Source: an uncultured virus (IMG/VR IMGVR_UViG_3300006738_005066)
Taxonomy: Duplodnaviria > Heunggongvirae > Uroviricota > Caudoviricetes
Virus record (IMG/VR): IMGVR_UViG_3300006738_005066
Direction: 5' to 3' (one strand)
DNA length: 64,000 nucleotides
Numbering within the stretch: the first letter of the stretch is position 1; each line of letters begins with the position of its first letter. Below are positions 48,060-57,000 of the stretch, piece by piece. A program made the position numbers and the translations under genes. The notes beneath the pieces are model-generated. The model saw only the letters and a program-made list of their open reading frames with translations. It made no database searches and was not told the origin of the DNA.

Positions 48060-51000
48060 ATGAGTTTAAAGGATTATTATAATAAAGCAAAATCTATTCA
48101 AGCTCTGGCCAACAAATCAGCCGAAGAAATTGGGGCTGAAGTAGAATCTGTTGGCTACCATCAAGAAGACATAATTCGCGAAGAGCGTTTTATCCCTTCT
48201 GTAGATTTTTCGCTTCCAAGAAACTTCGCCCGCTATGGGTCTGCTGTTGATTATTATAAGCAGTCTCTAAAGCGAATTTATGATTATTTTCCCTATGATG
48301 GTTCCCTTCGCGAGCGCGTTAAATGGGAAAATGAGTCAACCTATTTAGATCTTTATCTATACAACAATGAGTATCCTCGAACAAATGGTTATGCATTATT
48401 TTCCCCAAGTGGCTGGGGCGCGTTAGCCGACGGCACAACTATCGTCGATGGATACGGCCTCCCGTCGAGCTTAGAATACATTTATTTAGAAGGCGGCCCT
48501 CACATTAATGCGGGCGGAATGACGCCCATCGATGTTCAGTTTACTGGGTCCAATTATTATGAACCTTCAAAGAATCGGGAGAGCAATCTTAAATATGATG
48601 TGCAAAATAAGGGTGTTTCTTTGGAGTTTTGGCTCAAGAAGGATGCGTTCGACATCAACAAGACCAGGAAAGAGGTTGTTTTCGACCTGTGGAACGGTAT
48701 TACTTCTTCTGCGGATAACTATGGGCGCCTTCGGCTAGAGCTCACCGCCACTGTGGATGGCGCAAATCCTTTTATTTTGACAGCCATGTCTGGCACCAAA
48801 GGTGTTTTCGAAAGCCCCATCGCTTCGAGTGGCTTTACCACCTCATCTCTTGCCGATAGTAAGTGGCATCATTATGCGTTGACTCTTATGTCATCCTCGA
48901 CCGGCTTTAAGAGCGTTTTCTATGTGGACGGGAGTCCCGAAAACCAGGCGACCTTGGGCACTTCTAGTATTAATGAAGTAACCGGCGCCCTGCGCGCGAC
49001 AGTCGGAGCGCTGATTACATCTCCGAGCGCTTCCGGTGCACCGGCCTATGCAGGAAAACTCTCAGCATCTTTGGATGAATTTCGCTATTGGAAAACTGAG
49101 CGCAGCGCCAAGAACATTGGTAGACATTGGTTTACTCAAGTCGGTGGTGGGTCCAATGTCGATCCAAAACCGTTTGTGGAAACTACGGAGGATGTTAATA
49201 CCACCCTCGGAGTTTATTATAAGTTTAATGAAGGAATCACCGGGGTTGCAGCAACTGATTCTATCGTGTTGGACTATTCCGGCCGCGTTACTAACGGAGC
49301 TTGGACCGGCTATGTCGACGGCGCCCGTTCTACAGACTCTGCTATTGTTGAGTCGGCCGCAGCAGTACGCGAATATAAAGATCCCATTATTTACTCTTTT
49401 CATCCGGAAGTCATAGCTCTTGGTGACAAACTGGAGCTTACCGGCTCAGAGCACGATGTTGACAATAATGCTTCGATGTATAATTCGATCCCTTCATGGA
49501 TTACCGAGGCTGACGCGGAAGGTCAAAAACAACTTAAGTATTTGACCCAAATAATGTCGAGCTATTTCGACACCCTGCAGCTTCAGATAGAATCGGTATC
49601 AACTCTAAAAAATGTTACCTATCCTTCAAGCAGCGCCAAGCCCCTTCCTTTTGCCGAGCGCCTTTTGAATTCGTCCGGCCTCATCGCTCCCGATTTATTT
49701 ATAGATGCCGACATCCTAGAAAAACTAGCAGACCGAAGCGAAGATAAAGTTTATGAAAAATCCCTCCAGGATGTTAAAAACACCATTTATCAAAACATTT
49801 ATAATAACTTAGTTTACATTTATAAATCAAAGGGTACCGAGAAATCTTTCCGTAATTTGATTCGATGTTTTGGTATTGATGACGACCTGATAAAGCTCAA
49901 CATGTACGGCGCCGGCATCGAGTATGAGATGGAGAACAACCGACGCATTGTGTCGGTAACTGATAGGTACGTCGACTTTAATAAAGAAGATAACTATACA
50001 GCGACCGTTTTTCAATATCAAGACTCCAACAGCTCGACAAATACCACTGGGTTTATACCCGCGGATACGCGACTTACAGGCGGATATGCCCAGACGCTAG
50101 AGACACAGATCCTTTTCCCGAAAAAGCCTGACCCAGCTGCTTCGTTTTATTTTGATACAAATGCGATAAGCTCTTCTTTGTTTGGGGTTTATGGCACTCA
50201 GGGATCTCAGACTGATACTACATGGGAAATTGATGATTTTGTTAACTATCAAGTTTTTACTGAAAGGGAAGACATTACCTCGGATAACTGCCGCTTTGTT
50301 CTTACGGGGAGCGGTGTTGGCGTTGTACCGTTGTTGCGATCACCACTATTTGAGGAGGTGTACGACAATACTCACTGGAATTTAGCTGTACGAATCAAGC
50401 CTGAAAGATATCCATACGCTGCTGCTGGTCCCGGATCCGGCGCCGGTGTCGCCGGCGCCGATAGTGGCAACTACATCATTGAACTACACGGCGTTCAGTA
50501 CGACGCTGGCCTTTTGCGCAATAAGTTTACTGTTAGCGGAACAATTGCGGGTCCTGTTTCTCAATTTGTAACCGGCAGTAAACGATTCTTCGTGGGCGCT
50601 AATAGAACCAACTTTACGGGCTCCATCTTGAACACGTCTGATGTTAAGGTTAGTGCATGCCGTTATTGGTTGAATTATTTGGATGACGCCGTATTGGAGG
50701 CTCATGCTGCTGACACACAGAACTACGGATCGCTGCAGCCTCATTTCTATGCGTTCCCCTTTGATTATTCGGCGCCAAATGGCGAGGTGCTCCAGGCCGA
50801 CACGCTAGTATTTAACTGGGAGTTTTCCAACAATACAGGGTCGAACGCTAGTGGACAATTTGTAGTTGCCGATGAATATTCAGGAAGTGCTGCTACTGCA
50901 GCCTCCCGTTTCGATTGGTTGGGAGACATTTTATGTCAGCAGAACACCGCCCTCGGATATGGCTTCCCGGCCTCTACAACTGGAAGTATTGATAAAGATT

Positions 51001-54000
51001 TTGTGGTTTCTTCAAAGTTGCAGCTTCCCGAAAATGTTCAGTCAAGTGACATGGTTACGGTTCTTGGCGCTCAAGAGCAAAACATTTTTACTCGTAATTC
51101 TCGGCCAATTAATTACTTTTTTGCTTTCGAAAAGAGTATGGCCCAAGCTCTTTCGGTTGAGATGATCAACTACTTTGCCACCCTCAAAGACATGCATACA
51201 ATCATCGGCGCGCCAGTCAATCGCTATCGTCCTGAATATAAGGGCCTTCGAGTTTTGCGAGAGAGATTCTTCCAGCGCGTCAGCAACAATGAAGTGGATT
51301 TTGAAAAGTTCTATGAGTTTTATAAGTGGTTTGATTCATCGCTTACTGTAATGCTAGAACAGCTAGTTCCTGCCTCAGCTGATTTCTCCGACAATGTGCG
51401 CACCATTATCGAAAGCCACATGTTTGAGAGAAGCAAATATCAGCATAAATTTCAAAACGTTAAAAAGCAAGACCCACAGATCGAGGGTACTGCAGTTGGC
51501 GCTGAAGAGCAGGCCGAAATGCAGACATCGCCCGAAGGCGACCCACAAGGTACAGGATTTTATTCGGCAAATGCGGTCTCCAAAAGACAGATTGGCTCCT
51601 CGCAGCCCATCAATTTCAGTGCGTGGAAATTGATTCATGCGCCAGTTGATGGGGAGCAAGACGCGAAGTCAATTTGGTGGCGTTCCCGCGCTGAAAGAGG
51701 AAATGTCGTTTTATCTTCATCTACGGGGCCCGTCAATACCAACAAACAGGTTTATCTAAAGGCCATCGAGAAGGGAAACAAACGCGCAAGACAGTCTCCC
51801 TTTAGGTTTGGGGGAAGTGGTAATTATACGCTAGGAGGCGTTGGCTTTAATCAAAACAAGAGAGTCAATTATGTATTTACCGCGACTACTCCTTTTGGGT
51901 CGGTCCGCGCCGGAAAGGCGCTTAATCGCTTAGTTGGCCGCGGCAGCCAAGTTGAGAAATTGCTAAACACTACAGATGTGTTTCATCCGGCGTTTAAGCA
52001 AAGACTAGGATTCCAACTTGACCCCGACGACGCTCGCGGTGAAGTGCTTCAGAGGGCCAATGGTAACCTTCTGGTGCCCTTTAGTCTGTACTCTAGTTCG
52101 GTTGAGACGGGATATAATAGAGAAGTTGTTGAAAATTATGCGAGCGGTACGCTGCTTACCAATCTCCATCATGATTTGGTTTATAATGCTGACATCCCTG
52201 CTCAGGGCCCCTTTACTGAGAAGTTTGTCGGCGGCCGTGCCTATCGCCATGTACCCCTGAATCAGAGCGACACCTCAACCCCAGATACTGCTGATAGTCG
52301 GGCAGAGGGCTTCAAAATTCGTTTTGCTCATGTTGCTGGCGAAAACGGAGCGACTGAGATTAGCGTGGTCTCTCCCAATTATGATCCCAATAGTACGGTG
52401 TTTTACGACGCTGCTCTTCCCCGAGGAGATAAACTGCGAAATGTGGGTACCAAGCGCCCCGTCAACATACAGAACATTAAAATGACGACGGCTTCTGTCG
52501 GCACTACCTTGTCGGGAGTGCTGGCTCATGGGCCGATAGGAAATTATCAAAAAAATTATGAAGTGGTACAAACCGCAGCTCGACGCAAGAATGATCCTTA
52601 TTTTAGGAAGCAGACGTTTGATTTCGCCCTGTATCCTGAAACCCTGGCTACTCGCGGCCGATTCCCCCTCACCGTTCAGACATCAGAAGACTCGTACGTT
52701 TATAAGTTTTATCGAGGTATCGCCGCTACTGAGGCGATTATTGACGGTGATAACGTGGGTTGGATCGGCCAGGACCTGGAGCAAGCGTGGACTGCTCTCT
52801 CGGGAAGTGGATCTACTTTTTCTATTCTGTTCAATGCTTCTGATAATACCTTACAGCAAGGCGGGACAGTGTGGTCTGCAACCGGCTACGGGCCCGTCGG
52901 CGCTGCCTCCCAGTACAATGGCCAGGAGCAAACGTTACTTGGTTGGGGCGGTACCGACAATAATGACATGGTGCGTCACGTGTTTTTAAAGTCCGGCTCC
53001 AACCAAGATGGCCCAATGCTCGGACTCAGCGTCGCGCGCGGGAACACTCTGGAGGACATGTATTGGCTCTCGGGGCCCGGGTTGATAGGCACTGAGCCTG
53101 GATGGAAACATCTTGTCTTTTCGTTGGACAATCAAGATAAAGAGTATGGCGATTATCTACGTCAACAAACCCAGCGCAGCAACAAGTACGCCGCCTTTAA
53201 TGGTACTACGACCAATGTAGATCTAGGCGCCCCAGCTGTTTGGGAATCTTTGATTGGTGGATCAGGGGCGTCTGCGAAAGCCTTTTCGGTTTCTTTTTGG
53301 ATGCGGCCTGCTGCTACGTTTGGCGATACCTACCCGCGGCTGTTCAGCTATTCCATCAACGGTCGCCAGCTTTACCTCAATGGCGCTACCCTAGGGTCTT
53401 CCGTATTGCAGTTCCAGGGCGGCGCCATCACCAACCGCGCCGTGGGAACCACGACTTTCACTGCCGAGACCTGGTACCACGTGGTCGTGGCCTTTTCGGG
53501 GGGAGCCTCAGATCCAACGACCCTCTATGTAAATGCGGCGGATGATACTAGCGCAACAACGACGACTAGCAGCCCGACTACGATCACTGGATACAATTCT
53601 CACATCGGCGCGGCCAACGCCAATCAGCAAAATTTCACCGGCTCGATGTGTGATTATGCAGTTTATGACAAATGCCTTGTTCAGGCAGAGGTGGAAGAGA
53701 TATATGGTGGAGGCAAGCGTGTTGAATTAACGAACACATCTCTGAAAAACAACATACTTCAATGGTTGCTCCTCGGCGCAGATCCTGATGATAGCAGTTC
53801 TATCATGAATGATAATTCCCGCGGCCCATGGTTTCTTAACACGGCGCTTACTGGGGCTGTTTATAATGGATACCCGGACAACAATGCTTCTTATCCGATG
53901 CCGACAATCATCGATGATGACCTAGGCCCGGGCCCGGGAGTTCCGACCGACTTCGTTACTTTGGGAGATTTTAATCCCATCTATATCTCATCCGGCTCTT

Positions 54001-57000
54001 TTGCGGTTAATATTGCTGGCACTGGATCTTATTATCGCCCGGGCCCAGGATCTGGGTCTGCTCCGACCGGTTCTTCCACGACTACCGTTAATAGCATTAA
54101 TCTTTGTGGTGGTGTGTGCCTGTTAAATCAATGGTATAACCCGGGCGAATTCACCGCCGCCCAAGGCTGTCCCAATACAGCGATTATCAGCGTCGCGTAT
54201 TGGACCGGATCGGTTAATACCACTGGATCTTCGGCGTGGGCTGATCAGCTTATTGCGAGTGGTAGTACTATTACGGAGGCGGGCTCTCCAGGTAATTGTC
54301 CAGTGGGTTCGGAGGCTCTCGCCGGCGCCAATGTTGGAATGGTCGACCTTACCGCATCTGTAGAGTATAAAGTTAATTTGGCGTCTTGGTACAATTTCAG
54401 TGATGAAGGCATGGCCTACATCACCGCCGGGAAGGGAATCTGCTGGTCAACCGAGCCAATTCCCGAAGCAGATGTACTTGTCACCGAGACCAGCGTCGGC
54501 AGTGAATTCTATTTCCAACCATTGTCGAGCAGCGACTTGGCCATATATGGCGGCGGAACTTACACTAAAACATACAGTGGGTATAATAGTAATTGTTCTG
54601 GAGTTTTGGATTATGCACTCCCCGATCGTAGTGGCATCAATTCAAATCAAACTGTTATTGTAAATCGTTTTGCCGGTAGTGGCTATGAAGTCATGTCCCG
54701 AGGCTACTTGGGCCCCGCACATGAAGAGATGTCGGTGTATAGTGCTCTTCCTTACCATAACCTCTCAGTCATAAACTATGGCTTGTCGGGATCGGCATCT
54801 GTAGATCCTCTTGCGGCAAAAACCATTACCGTGGTGGACCAAATTGGGAAGAATCGGGGTCTAAACCAACGCGCAACGTTGCACTCTGGCCGCTTTGGCA
54901 CAGACGCCGCTTACGGCTCCGTGTCAGCCTTCACTTATGATGTTCTTCCGTCCTGGCACAAGACCAATCGCAATGCCTTGAGTCGCCTGGAAATCAAACA
55001 AGCCGGCGCTATTGGAACAGCGTCGACCTATGATAACTTGTTTGTCCAGCATCAAATACCGCGTTCAGAGTTACAGTATGCTTGGATGACGGCTTCCTTA
55101 GATAAGCAAACCACGTTTAATCCTATCGGATTGGATCGACCTTCCTGTATCAGTTCTTCTGTTCTGGACATGTTGATTACCAGCAGCGACATTCAGACTG
55201 GCGTGAACACATCCCAATACCGGCATCTCGATGTCATCCACAATTGGGCATTCTTCGGGCTCGATGCCGGCTCGTCATTCGCTATGGCCGAATATACCAG
55301 CTTTGGGGTATCCTTTGCAGGAATGAATACTACAGTTTACGAGCCCGTTAGTAGTTCTGAGCACATTCTTGGCTTCCCGGAGATGACCGTCGATAACTGG
55401 GATCCCAGTGCTACAGATCAGGAACTCTGGTCTCGCGTTAACTATATTAATCCGTTTACGCATCAATACAGCCTGAATCCCTCGTCCCAAGGGTTCGTCA
55501 TTGGCGGCCTCGTCCACACCGTCGTCCCGACTTACCCAGGAAAGGCCGCAGTTCTTAACGCCATTATACTTAAGCGCCACGGCCCATACGGCTGGCCAAC
55601 ATGGAAACAGATCCGCGGTGGTGACCACCCAGTTGCCCGGACCCTAAGAAAAGAGAACAAGGTTACACTTGTACATGGACCCCCAATGATTTCCAATGGC
55701 CCCGGACAGGGCGAGAGCCGCGCCCTTAAGTCAAATGGCTTCACCGATTACATCGAATCCCCAGTTTCTTATGCTCGGTCGAAGCCCATCACTTTTGCTT
55801 TCGAGGACAATACTGATAATCCGGATGCTCCAATTAACAATCTGTCTTTGAAGGTGAGTTACGGCAATGATCTACAGTACTTTGATAGTCACGGATTGAA
55901 TAGTCGTTTAGGTCTTACGGCCCGCAAGTCTGCTGCTGAAGAGAACGCATTTACGTCTGTGGTCGATTTTAGCCGCAACTCAGATTTAAGTGTGGTGATT
56001 AGAACTGGTCAGAAGATTCTCCCCACCGCCTTAAACGAGGGCCTTGCGAAGGTTCGCAAGAGAGAAAACTATGACATCTCAGACATTTGGAATACTGTGA
56101 GAGAATTTCGAAGCCCTGCCACTGGTGCAATAAATTCGTGGGGCGTTCATACCGACCCTAGCGCCAGCGTGTGGCCCTTGGATGCCCCTCTTGTCATGGC
56201 AGGTCCGAACATGAGGTTCGCAAATTCTAGTGGTATCGGTTCAACCATGAACATGCCGGGCACCGGTTCCGGCGCCGGAGACTTAATAAATAATTATATG
56301 TGGTTCGCCCCTAGGGGAACGTCCGGCTTCGGCGATGGCAGCGGCGCTCGGGGATACTGCTCAGGGTCGACCACAGCGACGTATGTCATGCCCCTGCGTG
56401 TAGGCCAGAGAAGCTTTCAAACTGCCAGTTATTTTACTGCCAATCCTACAGATGCCGAGTATGTCATTATTACGGCGCCGCAGTGGGAAGCCCCGGCTCA
56501 AGCTGGCATTCAGCCTTATCAGCCTTATGTAGATTATTCTAACCTGATTGATAGACTTGGGCGACATATGACCATACTTCCAGAATTCAGAATTAGTGAG
56601 CATGTAGAATCTGTAGTAGAAAATTATGGTGGCGACTTTTTGCAAAAATTCGATAACATGTTTTCACTTAGCGGAGGAACTCCCCCGAATAGCTCAGATA
56701 GTGAATTCTTTAAGACCTACTCTACCACCGACTTTTTGCAGAATTTCCGGGTCGTCGATGATAATTTAGCCAACCAGAATACTGCTACGAGCACTATTCG
56801 TCGGCAGTCTATCGAACTTACATGCGATGCAATACTTCAGTTCTTGCCTTATAAAGGATTTTATCCCGTGGAAAGAACTATGGAGCTATCGACGCTGTTT
56901 TCCAAATCGATGGGAGGCATCGCTAAGGCCGACACCCAACAGGGCGATTATGACATTAATGCCTTTAAGCGCAATGTCTTTGCGCCTCTGATGGCTCCCG

